From: Ramazzottius varieornatus
Taxonomy: Eukaryota; Animalia; Tardigrada
Reading direction: 5' to 3'
NCBI GenBank assembly: GCA_001949185.1
Contig: BDGG01000010.1
Span: 1,559,773 to 1,623,772, forward strand
Length of the DNA stretch: 64,000 nucleotides
Shown here piece by piece: positions 52,275-64,000 of the stretch (the stretch's first letter is position 1; every line of letters begins with the position of its first letter). A model generated the notes under the pieces. That model was not told the origin of the DNA and made no database searches. It saw only the letters and a program-made list of their open reading frames with translations. A program made the translations under genes and the position numbers.

Positions 52275-53739
52275 TTATTCGCTGCCGGCACCGACTTTCG
52301 CCAAGACAGCTCTCTTCTTCTGTGCAATGCGATTGGCCACTTCAGCATGAGACAGCTTCTTCCTGTTCCACCTGAAATGAATGGAAGTCCTGTAGACTGA
52401 GCGGGTGACGAGCAGTCTGCGCTTTCGTGAAATTATCATATAATTTGGGCATACCGTTTGTTCTTGGCTGGTTTTGGTTTTTGTTCTTTCTTTTCAGGAG
52501 TAGGATTAGCTCTAATGTTTTCGTGAGCTGACTTGTAGGCTCCTTCGATCTAGTAGACAAACAAACTATAAGTAAGGGCCAACTCCACGGGACAATACAA
52601 ACAGAAGTACAGTACTTTTCAGAACTTACAGTTTCGGAGGTGATGCCAGCTGCCAAGTACCAAGAAAACTGCTTCTTATAAGCTTCATCGTCAGCGTCCT
52701 GCAGCTCTTTCATGTAGTTGCCAACATGACCACCCATGATGTGCTTTCGGTGGATCTCAGCATCGAACTTCTTTGATTCACTGTCGTATCCTGGAAATCG
52801 ACGGTTGCTGCAAAGGAAAAGACTGCATGAACTACAGCCGAAATCTCTAAGTCGCTACCGCTATCGTCGTGCTTCGGTTTGCAAAGTCTTTTTTACCTAT
52901 GAGGGATGTTCAATCCTCCATCGACAGCACCCTTCATGCAGGCGAACACCTTCGACCCAGTAGTGGTTCGGCCAAGACCGACATCGAGGAAGCATTTGAA
53001 TGCTCCGGGCTTCCCCGCAACGTCTTCGACGTGGGTCTCTTCTCCAGTAACATCCGTCGTTCCCTCGTAGATTTTGTCGAGCTTCAGCTGCTTCAAAAGC
53101 TGCGAAAAGACAAACCACGTCAATAAGCGTAGCTCCCATGAGCCTCTCAAAATTCCCGCAAGGATTATCACGAAAACTGGCTTCAAACGAATTAAAAAAG
53201 GAATCAACCAACTTACCCTTCTTGCCAGCAGCAGACCGGTCGCGTAGGCAGCAGCATAGTTGGTCAGTCCCAACTTGATACCGAAGCGAGGCAGTTCATG
53301 TGCATACGCGGAGCACAGAACTTTGTCGCCTTCGATCTTGGCGTAGACGATCTACGGGTGAACAAAGCTTGTGAAAGCTCCACCAGATCATCACGGACGG
53401 CGGGAAATTATACCTGAGCGATGATATCCTTATTTGTGAAACGGACGACGAGTCGGTATTTCGGGGTGTTGTACTTGTTCTTGTCCTGTTGGATTAGTCC
53501 CTTGCGCGCTTGATAATCGGTCTTTCCCTCTGTAAAGCAGAAACATGTCATCCTCTCTTTCCCCAGGGAAGAACGGGAGCCAAAAATTCGAAAGATTCAC
53601 CCACTCACCTCGACGTCGGCGAAGCTTCACCTGGAAGCGCTTGAAGTACTGCTTGTTCTTGACGACTTTGACCATACCCTGCGAAAGACAACATCCACTG
53701 TGATACCTCGATACCTTCTAAAACACACTCGCTTACCAT
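52275..53739 (-). CDS. RPL5: 60S ribosomal protein L5/uL18 (about 8 exons; ATG alone in first coding exon)
   Basis: [64 protein letters not shown]. Confidence 0.97.
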
Positions 53740-53808
53740 GTTTGCTCCGGGTATCTAACGACAGGATTCCCGATAAGGAAGCTGTAGAACGTGGATTCTG
53801 AAACTTTG

Positions 53809-53820
53809 CAAAGGGAAGAT
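53809..53820 (-). promoter_or_regulatory. Candidate 5'TOP/TCT initiator of RPL5 (TCTTCCCTTT)
   Basis: Pyrimidine tract ~70-80 nt upstream of a ribosomal-protein ATG. Confidence 0.5.
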
Positions 53821-54077
53821 CGAGATACAGAAACTGCTCTTCTCGATGAATGGCTCAAATTCAATGGCAACTTGGCAAGCTGTGGAAAAATTTTCTGATT
53901 TCCATGCCGGTAGCCCGGCTCGGCTAGCAAACCAGTAAGCCGTCTTTGTATTAGGCAAGGCCTGCCATCACACTTTCAGAAGCCGCGATTGTTGGGTCAT
54001 TTTGTAGTGCCCACCGCGAAGCCGCGGTTACGACCGGGGCAACTAGTAGTCTAGTACGTCACTCTCACACTACTTTA

Positions 54078-54725
54078 GAGTGCCAGTGATTTGGGACAGG
54101 TTGGGGTCCTGGTCAGCGTAAAACAACCCCGGTCGCGGTCTTTTCTGACTGAGGCTGGCAGCCGGAAACGGCTGATCACTCGTTTACGGTGCTTTCTCGG
54201 CCGGGTGTCAGCGAGAGAACTTGATTCTATCCAGCTGAGAAAATAAAGTTTCATTTTCTCTTGCGCTTTGTTGCTCTGGACATCTTGATACAACCGTTGT
54301 GATGGCTGGGGATCATTACCGAGAAGCGTAGCCTCCAGTTATTCAGGAGTTTAATGCTGGATATCCTACTCTCAGTGAGGGCGATACTGTTGACGATGAC
54401 GATAACGTTCTGGACGTAAGTTTCCATAAAAACTCTTCCCATCTTCGGTCTGATGATAGCGAGATTGTTGATAGAAATGGTTCTGATAATTCTGGCGAGT
54501 CTGATGAAGAGATAGACGACGAGTAAATTTTGAATTTAGAGAGTATGTGTATGGTACGCTCGAATTAATATCATGCTTGGTCGGGCTTTGTTGTCGTGGC
54601 TTTTAGAGAACGGGCTGTATAATGATGAATAAAAGCGAATTACAGCTGAGCCTACTATGTTTGGTCTTTGCCAGGCAAGTTTTACACTCACCGGGACCCA
54701 AACCTGTCCCATATCATTGGCACTT
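54078..54725. mobile_element. Non-autonomous Tc1/mariner-type element (~650 bp), ~47-bp imperfect TIRs, TA TSD
   Basis: ta-gagtgccagtgatttgggacaggttggggtcctggtcagcgtaaaac versus reverse complement ta-aagtgccaatgatatgggacaggtttgggtcccggtgagtgtaaaac. Confidence 0.85.
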
Positions 54726-54767
54726 TACAGTAACACTTTGTACTTTGTAGTTTGTACGATCGTCGAC

Positions 54768-54980
54768 TAGAGCCCTGCAGCAGCACGCAACATCCGTTCT
54801 GCAACTGCTCTGCATCCAGTTCTTCCAAACTGCAACTGCACTGCACTGCATTTATTCTGACCGAGGAGAACTGCAACTGCACTGCATCTGCATTTTTTCA
54901 TCGTTTCGGCGACTGTAACTGCACTGCAATGCAGTAAAATGCAGTGCAGTGCAGAACGTACGGCATGTTGCAGGGCTCTA
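54768..54980. mobile_element. hAT-type MITE (213 bp) rich in TGCAC/TGCAG repeats
   Basis: TIR tagagccctgca / tgcagggctcta; 8-bp TSD tcgtcgac / tcgtggac. Confidence 0.85.
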
Positions 54981-55014
54981 TCGTGGACCCAGAGAGACTA
55001 AAGGGGGTAAAGGA

Positions 55015-55460
55015 TAGAGCACTGGGCCGCAGGTCCAAAAGCACGCTGTAACTGTGCTGCGCATATTACCAGGGCGCTGTGCGCTGCGCTGTGCTGCACA
55101 ACTTTCATGCCCAGTGGCTAAGCAGCTGTGCTGCAGATGCACGTTGGCCTGGTGCAACTGCGCGGAACGCCGATGTATTGACGGGATTTGTGGTTCAGTC
55201 AGCGAAATCTGTAGTCAACCTGGAGAACGTTGCCCTAAAGTACGGCAAAGCTGAGACCGCTGACGTTCGAATGCCCAAAAACTGTAATTCTTGTTAGGTT
55301 TCGGTAGGTGCATCTGCGCGGTAGTCTATGGCTTTCTGCTGTATGCTGTGCTGTGCCGCACAAATTTCGTCAGTACACGCGCTGCAGCACAGCTGCAGTA
55401 CGGCGCAGCGCGGCACAGCAGCAGTGCGGCGCAGCGCATGCGGCCAGATTCCGTGTTCTA
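55015..55460. mobile_element. Degenerate MITE-like element with GCTGTGCTGC-type subterminal repeats
   Basis: tagagcac..ggccgca / tgcggcc..gtgttcta; inverted GCTGC-rich arrays; no TSD seen. Confidence 0.5.
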
Positions 55461-55901
55461 GCCCGCGGCCACTGACAGCTGCCGATTTCCTTTGGGTTGA
55501 AGTTGGACCCAAATGATTTTCAGTCGAGGAATTTCCGCGGAGGCGTCGTCGCATGCATCTATCAGACTTCACTTTATAAGTAAATTTGCTGAGTAGACGT
55601 TTCAACAGGATCTGAGGACGCTCTTTTGACCCACGACCCACTGCACTCTTCAGGACATCGTAGCAAGCCGATCTGAGACTCTCGTACGAAGGACACAGGT
55701 AAGGCTTTCCTCGTCCATAAATATTAAACCACCTGTTACCTACTCAGTTACTATAAAATTAATCATTTCATAACTTCGATATTGATTCATCTGCGCAAGG
55801 GCTGAGGCCAACTGCTGCTGTCGGCATTCTCGGAAAATAGTATTGACGGGAACGTATCAGAAAGTTAATCGGCATTTTACCTCGTAGAGACCGCCGCCAT
55901 C

Positions 55902-56222
55902 ATGCCGTTCACCTTCACCGACATCTTCAAGTTCATATTCGCACTGATCCTTCCGCCCCTAGGTGTTTTCCTGGAGCGAGGTAAACTTTTTCTGTATCCG
56001 TTTTTTTCTTGCGTTTCCCGGACATGATATCAATGACATCATTACAGGTCCATGTTAAAATTCGGCCTAGACAGAAACTTTCTTCGGGTTCCGTTCAGAT
56101 CCTCAAACTTGACTTTTTAAATTCCAGGTTGTAACAAGGATCTTGCGATCAATGTCCTGCTGACGATCTTCGGATTCATACCTGGCATCATCCACGCTTG
56201 CTACATTATCTGCAAATACTAG
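55902..56222 (+). CDS. PMP3/RCI2 (UPF0057) small membrane proteolipid, 57 aa (intron 55981-56127)
   Basis: MPFTFTDIFKFIFALILPPLGVFLER|GCNKDLAINVLLTIFGFIPGIIHACYIICKY*; absent from the ORF track. Confidence 0.92.
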
Positions 56223-56835
56223 CCCAGGCAGAACATGGGAGCTAGAGGGATCGCAAAAGCGAAAGTTTCTTACAGTTACACACAAGCATGATTTTGCTGC
56301 ACTTTCCACTCTGTGTCTCTGTCGCATTTTGTTCCTTCGTACAAACCTTTCCTCTCATGTGATGGACCTAGAGGTGTCTAATTCGGTTTTACCCTCCTTT
56401 ATTCCCTTGTCATTCCATTCGAATAGTATGTTTTCCAGCTTCACTTCCGTCAGCTGTTTTCTGGCTTTCCGCAGTTTTGTGGGATTTTTCCTGGGCGAAA
56501 ATCGCTTTAGGTATATATGGCTGCTCCGTTTTTACTCTTACTAAGGTGAATGGATTATGATTTTTGCTAAGCAGAAAAAAGTAAAATTACGACCTTGTTA
56601 CGTTCGGCAGTTCCTGTAAGCGGTGACGTGTAAGTAGAGCTCTTATATTAATCTTCTAGTCAGTATTCAGTAATCTAATCGGGCCTGAATAATGGATGTC
56701 GTCATGTGTCTCACGGCCTGGTTACAGCGATCGGCTGATGTCTGGTATCGATTCATTGTGTCATTGTCGCGCAGCTGTCTTCCCGTTTGTTGTTGCAATT
56801 TGTGGTTGTTCGCTGGCTGGACTTAAGCGTGGCCC

Positions 56836-58920
56836 ATGCTGCGTGGGACCTCATTAAGAAACACGTGGCGTGAAGCGACGACGGCCGAAGGCTTCCTGGT
56901 CACGACAGACGGCGGACAGCTCAACCGGAAGTCATTACGAACGCCCATCCAGTCCAGCATGGATGTCTTCCACCTCAAGATCGTCATAACTGGCATACTT
57001 TTCTCCATAGTTATCTACGCTATCCCATGGAGCGACTTTCTTCTGAGTACGGTACCCAGAGACGACTACGTCGACTTGACTTCGAATGAAACTTTAAAGC
57101 AGGATGTTCATTTCGTGATTTTGGGAGCAACAGGTGATCTGGCTTTGCGATACCTGTTTCCGGCGCTTTTCAGCATCCGGACCAACAGTACGCCCACCGA
57201 GATTCGCGTTACTATCTACGCAACTTCCCGCCAAGCTCCTGACGTGATCCGGAACTCAGTCGAGCTTAGCATAGACGCGGCTATCGGTTGTACTGAAGTC
57301 GTCCAACGAGACTTCCTATCATTCATCAAGTACCGCCAGCTTCGGGCAAGCGAAGATTTTGAACGGTTATGTACTAGTATACCTTCAACGGACAAACTGG
57401 TGTTTTATTTGTCTATTCCACCGTCAGCATATGCAAACACCGTGAAGAACTTTGGACTCTTCTGCAAGAATGGACGTCGAGAAGCGGACATCAGGCTTGT
57501 GCTCGAGAAGCCTTTCGGAGCCGACTACAGCTCTGCCAGGGCTCTTTTCGAGAAGCTCAAACAATGGTTTCCATTCGAACGATATTACCTTGTGGACCAT
57601 TACAAAGGTAGAAGAACCGCATGTACACCAAACTTTCTACATGGAATTTCTATCTCGAAAATCGAACTGAAATTTGTTGGGTATTTCGCTTTGTTGCGCA
57701 TGGCGTCATGAGGCATACTAGTCTGCAGAAACGTCAAAGCGGTTAATTAGGTACTATATATTTTAAATATATTACCAGTTATTTTGTTTTAGCCAAGGAA
57801 GCGACAATAGCCATTCCGGAGTTCTTCGCCAAGAACTCTGACGTTGCAGCGGACTTCATATCAAGCAACTCGTCTACCATCGAGCTGGTCCTCAACGAGA
57901 CGCTTGGCGTGACCGATCGCATCAGCTTTTACGATGAGACGGGCGTCGTTCGCGATGTCGTGCAGAATCACCTCATGGAGATTCTCATCGACATTGTGTC
58001 AGCAATCACGAAGAAGGTAAACAGTGACCTGGAACGCAGCAGTTTGATAACGAATGTGTCAATAGACACAGTGAACTTTGGACAATATGAGTCGTACAAC
58101 CAAGAACTGGCGAAATCAGCGGTGCGTGAAGGCCCATCAAACACACCTACGTTTGTTCGTGCCGAAGCTTCGCTGAAGTCTACTCTGCTGAAAGATGTGA
58201 AAGTCTCGTTTACGGCTGGGAAGAAGCTAAGTCGGAAGGTTAGTCAGGCACGGCTAACCTTCGGCGACGGTGAAGTGGACAAGGAAGTAGTCTTCCACAT
58301 CGGCGGTCAAGGACTGAACTATCCGGCAGTTTTATTCCGAGGCTTTACACGTAACTCTGTTATATGTCCATCCGGTCGACCACTGTCAGAAAGAGTACCG
58401 TACAAAGCGCTCCTTAGTGAAAGCAAAGCACTGTTCCAGGTGTGTCCGCTGGGAACGACGTTTCGGAATGCGTACGAAGCTGTAATCGAGGATATTCTCC
58501 GCTGGCAGAGTCAGTACAGTACGGATGTTGGATTTATCCTCAGCTCGTGGGCCTTATGGGATCCTTGGATAAAAAAACTAGGAACGGGTTAATCGACGCT
58601 TCTAAAAACACGTAAATATCTTAGTTACTGTAGATCCTCCACCATCTTTGACCAGATCAAATTGAGCCCATTCCACATAATGTCCTTGTGTGTATAGGTA
58701 GACTCGCTGATATGGTTGCAACGAATGAGATCACAACGCTAAGTGTACAGATGCTTATGCTGTCACGCTGAAGATCGATCCGTTCCTGTTGAATCCAAGA
58801 CCTGGCCTGGAGATTGACCACACCAAGCTGGATCACGCACAATACGCGTTCAACCGGTATCAGAGGCAGACGCGTCCTAAGGTGAGTAACCTTGCCTGTA
58901 AAGGGGATCAGTGCCACTGA
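56836..58920 (+). CDS. H6PD: H6PD-like glucose/hexose-6-phosphate dehydrogenase domain protein with N-terminal signal/anchor (3' end uncertain, 58592-58920)
   Basis: GATGDLALRYLFPALF, FYLSIPP, LEKPFG, VDHYK|AK, FYDETGVVRDVVQNHL, TPTF, AGKKL, AYE; hydrophobic IVITGILFSIVIYAIPW. Confidence 0.78.
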
Positions 58921-59389
58921 TCCGGTGAATTTTAGTATCGATCCAAGAGGTGAAGTCGTCCGCCATGCTGACTCAATGCCAAATATATTGTTTATGTTTT
59001 CAGTTGCATACAGTACCTCACGGAAAACTCGTGGTTGCCATGTGAAACCCCTCTCGACAAGTTAGCACAATATAACGATATGATCTCTTCCTTTTTTGAC
59101 TAAGTACGTCTGTTTCTAAATATTCGACCTCTCAAGGTCAAAGTTTTGCTGTAATTATTCACGGGTGTGATTTGAATTAGAAACCGATGTTTCGATACCT
59201 TGGAGAATGAATATTAAGCATGGATTGGGAAGCGTCTTGCATAGCCGTAACGTTCGATAAGGAAGCCATGATATCGATGTTGAATTTTTGAAATCGCTCG
59301 GTTTTCGCGTATCTCGATGCTCGTTGTGAAACCCATATAATTTTTCCATAAAGTTTGATCAGTTGCTTTGAACCACATGTACGAATTGC

Positions 59390-62152
59390 ATGGACGGCAG
59401 CCATCTATCAGTTCACGGAGCAGCTTCCGGTATCCCCTCTGCAGTAAATCTCGGCGTTCCGTCTGTCGGACAAGTTGGCTTTTCACAAAATTCACGACCT
59501 TTAGTAAATGGAGGACGAGATGACGATGAGTGTGATGTCAGCTATCCGGCGCAGTCCGGACAACTTCCGACCGTCTCGGCGATCCCATCCACTTCCGTCC
59601 ACACTGTGCCTTTCAACCTGCCGAACTTGCCCAATGCTTCGTCCGCGCAGTATGGCGGTCATAGTCATGCTCCGGCAGGCCGACTCAACCGTCCGAACGA
59701 AACATTCTCCATGATCTTCCGGAAGAAATACGAGAAGCTAGACTGGAGAAAGATCGCGTCGATAGACCTGGAGAAGATTTACAAGACCCAAGACACTCGA
59801 GCGCTGCAAGACAACCTCACACAAATGGCGTTCTTCGACCTCGAAGAGGAACTGGTATGTAAGTTACTCCTTCAAGTCATTTAAAAAATTGAGACCCAGC
59901 TATTTTGCTCACGGTGGATTGATTTGCGGATCTTTCTAGAGATCTGTGGGAATTAATCCACAGTTCGAGAAACTCTTCCAAACAATGCAACTGTCCCTAG
60001 AGTACCTTCTATACGTCCAAGACCATCTACAGAGGGAAATAGATTCCATAAAAGGCGCATCTGCCCTTCTAATAAAACGCCAAACGGACACAATAAAGAA
60101 GTTTGAACACGAAGTGGAGGACCTGAAAGCCCAACTGCAGTCCACCAAAGACGAGCTGAAGAAGCGGAAGAAGATGATGGTGGCCCAGCAGGATATCATC
60201 AACAGTGCGGCGAAGGGCAATTACCATCGTTGTCCCATGTGCGAGAAGGCCTTCATCGAACGCGGCTATTTGGAGACCCACTTTCGGAAAAGACATCCGA
60301 ATGCCGATATCAAAATGCTGGGTTCGTCGAGGGACCAACAGTTCTTCCACGACCATCAGTCCTCACAAACGCACGAACTGCAGCAGAGTGCACACGCTGT
60401 CCTGCCATGTCCAGTATGTCCTGACGTTTGTACGCCGGAACTTGCAGCAGCTCGAGACAGGATACGCGAACTGGAAAAGATGCTGTTCACGCCTCCAAAA
60501 CCCGGTTAGTCTTACTATGTATGTTCAGCCCAGATCCCACACGATGAAACGTAGAAAAATGGATACAGTTGATACGTATGATTGTTGTAAATGCCCGATG
60601 AATTACCTGTGTTTACAAGGACTGCAGCCACTGTCCAAACCTACCCGAACGAGAATGATATTTTATGGTTTTGGCTGTTTATAGCTGTTCCAGAACCGCC
60701 CCCAATGCCACCGCAGGTTTTAGACATGTACAACAAGCAGCGGGAAGAAATTGAACACCTAAGGTCCTCCCTCGCCGAATTCCAGAATCGGTACTTTGAG
60801 TCGGACAAAGCACTGGTGGAACTAAGGAAAGACTACCAGCACCTAACAAACAAGGTTCACGAAGCCCAGGCTTCCATGACGAACCAGCAACAACAGAACT
60901 TCCAGCATCAAATGCAGCAGTTGCAGAATCAGGAGCGCCCACAGTCCCCCAACCCAACGATAGCCGACATGATAGAGCGACGGGTGTATGGTATTCAAGA
61001 GTCCATGGAACGCCGACTCGCACAGTCCGAAGAATCCTGGAAGGACAAGTTCGCCAGATTGAACGAACAGCACACGAGGGACCTCAAGGACCTCGAGAGA
61101 GACATGGCCATGAAAGCACAAGAACAGCAGACTGTACATAAAGCTGATAAACTTCGATTACAGATGCAGAACGAAGAACAAGAAAGGCGGATAAGGGAAA
61201 TGGAAAACCAACACAATACCCAACGAGCTCAGCCTCAACTCTCAAGGAGGGAACCAGGTTCCGGAGCCTTTCAGATACAAGTACATACTAACAGGCCGAG
61301 TACTGCTGGTCCGACGAACCGATGGGGGAAGCCAATGACGCCTCGAGTCTCTGCCGCCATGAACAACTACCCGGAAATTATCGATGAATTACGGGACGAA
61401 CTGAACGAGGCTTTGAGTAAGAAGCTAGAAGAGTATGGAGTACCTCGAGGTGCGACCAAGGTATCAGACAGGGACAAGGACGAGATCTTCAATAAGCTGA
61501 GGAGGGAACATGCTCAACTTCAGGGCAAGCTTGCAAAATTTGGGGTTGGTTCTTTCAACTTCGCACAGCAACTTCGCACAATGGCGCAATGTTACAACGC
61601 TTCTTCCCTTTCAGGCGGCTCGAAGTACCATTGAGAACCACCTGAAAGGAAAAGTACCTGCCCAGTACTCCAGCAGCGAGCTCTTGGACGAAGCTAGTAA
61701 GATCCGCGTTCGGAAAAGATCAGGTCGTCAGGTGGTCGAAAGCGGGAATAACCAAAAGGTGACCGAGATAACCACCTACGACATCCGACCGGCTCGATCA
61801 TCCGAGCTTGACTTGGCTCGCCAGCAAGGTTCGCGACAACTCTGAAGTGATATAATTGATAATTATGTAGGTAAAACTGCTCGAAATATTGAATATTTTG
61901 CTTGCTGCAGCTGTCCCCGCGAAAGGCGGTGAGAGAGAAGCCTCATCCAATGTAAGAAGGGTGAGCTTTCGGGCTGCGAAGGATAAGTCTCCCGCGTCAT
62001 CCCCTAGGTCCGCGAGAACGGAACCACCGGATCAGAGTGCCGGGCCTCCGCAGCATGCGAGACGTTTTTCTCAGCCTAACTCTGATTTGGAATTTTCCAC
62101 TCCGAAGAAAAACAATGATGGTGCTTGGTTTAGTGATGAAGATTCACAGTAG
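59390..62152 (+). CDS. DZIP1: Cilium assembly protein DZIP1/DZIP1L (iguana); extra 3' exons possible to ~62930
   Basis: EKLDWRKIASIDLEKI..LQDNL..KLFQTMQLSLEYLLYVQ; C2H2 finger CPMCEKAFIERGYLETHFRKRH; coiled coils. Confidence 0.9.
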
Positions 62153-63457
62153 CCGCTAACTCGACTCTTGTTTTCTTCTTCTTGTTTCCTTTCACTTCCG
62201 GTGGGTATCTCTAGTACTAGTGTTCGCGCTGATGAATGCGTCGCAATGGCAGGCGCACGTATCTTTGTTTTTCTCTGTTGAACAGTTTTTTTGCTCTGTA
62301 TAGTGGTTCATACTTTGTAGTTAGTTTGTTGAGTTGAGAGCTCATAAGATACAGGTACTTGCTTCGGTAGAATCCGTATACGAGGAGACTGGCGATTGTG
62401 GCGGTAGTTCTGTTCCCTCGACCAATAAAACAACGGCAATCAAACAATAATCCCCTGCACTTCCAAGTCATGATCAAGAATTGAGTCTGAACTCAGAAGG
62501 AAACAGGCAGTTCGCAATCTCCGCATTGAAAACTGATATTATCATTTAAATAGAACACTTCGTTTGACTTCGTCGACTTCATTTCGAATTTTCGATTGGT
62601 TCTACTTGAGCTCCTTTGATTCAGATATCCATCATCAGCTTCGCAGCTGTTACTGTTTCCTCTGAGGAAGAAGTTCTGCCAACTATCGAGGAAAGGACAT
62701 TCCGTCCACGTTCGACATCAGGTAAGTAAATCGTATCTTACAGCTTATTTTAGTACCTACTAAATGACGATTCCGGCTTGTTCTTCAGGTGCTCAGGGAA
62801 GGCTACCAAGTAGCCAGAGAAGATGTTCGGCGCAAAAGCAGCTTCGCAAAGTGAACTGGAGGAAGAACAGCGCATGGCGCAGATGGCAGTCTATCAAAGT
62901 CTCGCCAGTACGAATTACAAAACGATAATAGATGGGAGCACTTGCTCGTGCCATCTGCTGCTGCTAATTGCTAAAACAACCCTTATAGCTTGATCAATCG
63001 CGTTCATCTTGTTACAGCATTCGCGGTCTTTTGCGGAATACTGCGGATCATTCCGCTTGGCATCGACGTCGTGAGCAGTTTTAGGTAACCAGATACTCTT
63101 CTGTGAACTCTCGGGTTGAACAGCCCGTCTTCATATTCGTCGAGAGCAAACCCACTCTGGTGAGACCGTGTTTTGAAAAAGCTGTCGGTCTGCGCAGTTT
63201 TCAGTGTGCATTGTAATTTTAGCGGAGTCAGTGGACTGGCTTTTGTTTTATTGAATCGTATTCTCAAAAACGTTGCAGAAAGCACGATGGAAAATCCTTC
63301 GAGACTGGGTCGAGGGAGAAGCTACTGAAAAGAACCGATATGAGCAAAAAGGGGGCACAGTTATTCGAAAATCTTCTAGGGAAACCTAAACATTACGGCT
63401 AGCTTCGGCAAAGACATCTTTCCAGAATCCATGGAAGTCGGGAAGCGGAGGGTTACT

Positions 63458-64000
63458 TCAGAGACTATATTTTGCCACCCACGCCTTAATTGCATCCAGT
63501 TGGTTTTGCAGAATGTACGAGCTGCTGCAAACATCCAACATTAGATTTCGGGTTACGTGACGCCTTTCACAACAAACGGGTTCTCTCACTTCACAACACA
63601 GGTCGAGACTCTAGAGGGTCAACACAACAGTTTATTTTATTTTGAAAGAGGAAGATCGACTTACGGGTCGGAATAAACCCGCACTAGTGGATCATCACTG
63701 CGCGGTGTCATGTGGTTGTCGACTAGGGAAAGAGCAAGATGAAGCAAAGTGCGGATGCGAATAAGACAAACATAGTGTATAGAAGCGGCACGAACTCTTT
63801 TCTGGATCGAATGTGGGGCTTTGTAGTGATGTCCGAGCTGTGAGAGAGGTCTTCCGTGGAACCAAATCGCTTTCGAACGGTGATGGGTGGTGGTTCAAGG
63901 TGCCTGAGATGACGTAATCACTGGTCAGACTAGAACCATGCCGACCATTTTTAGTAGCAGCCGCGTTATCCAACGACAGGTTAGTAACATCGACTGGAGG
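63458..64000 (-). CDS. 3' exons of an unidentified gene running out of the window
   Basis: Open frame from the window edge; plausible splices give ...DDPLVRVYSDP|SYILQNQLDAIKAWVAKYSL*. Confidence 0.4.

Noticed and set aside
54081-54240. Possible structured ncRNA (C/D-like boxes, GAAA-loop hairpin)
   Set aside because: It overlaps the left TIR and interior of the 54078-54725 transposon; no SRP, RNase P/MRP or U3 signature.
54688-55641. Cys-rich short ORFs resembling metallothionein
   Set aside because: Produced by TGCAC/GCTGT repeats within MITEs.

Overview
Eukaryotic genomic DNA from a compact, gene-dense invertebrate genome. It has many 55-70 nt GT-AG introns and moderate GC; a tardigrade-like source is my inference only. 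Genes assembled by hand across introns, in order: 3' end of PI4KB (+), UQCRB (-), DDX51 (+), an orphan helical protein (+), SLC35F3/4-type transporter (-), ANAPC10 (+), ECHDC3 (-), an orphan protein rich in degrons and CDK sites (+), a 13-kb nahoda-like gene (+), a BTB-BACK protein (-), an ephrin with an 8.9-kb first intron (+), NUDT16 (-), ADAT2 (-), RPL5 (-), a PMP3/RCI2 proteolipid (+), an H6PD/G6PD-like enzyme (+), DZIP1 (+) and the 3' end of an unknown gene (-). There are several non-autonomous DNA transposons (hAT-type with 8-bp TSD, Tc1/mariner-type with TA TSD) and two families of short dispersed palindromes. The standout is the 16.6-29.8 kb gene. After a signal peptide its mature protein starts with His in an LPMO-like (histidine-brace) domain. 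Two EGF repeats follow, then seven DOMON domains that all keep Met/His heme ligands, mucin-like stalks, a self-cleaving SEA domain and a TM helix. This is a candidate membrane-anchored heme wire feeding a copper monooxygenase-like tip, like a fungal CDH-cytochrome/LPMO pair built into one animal protein.
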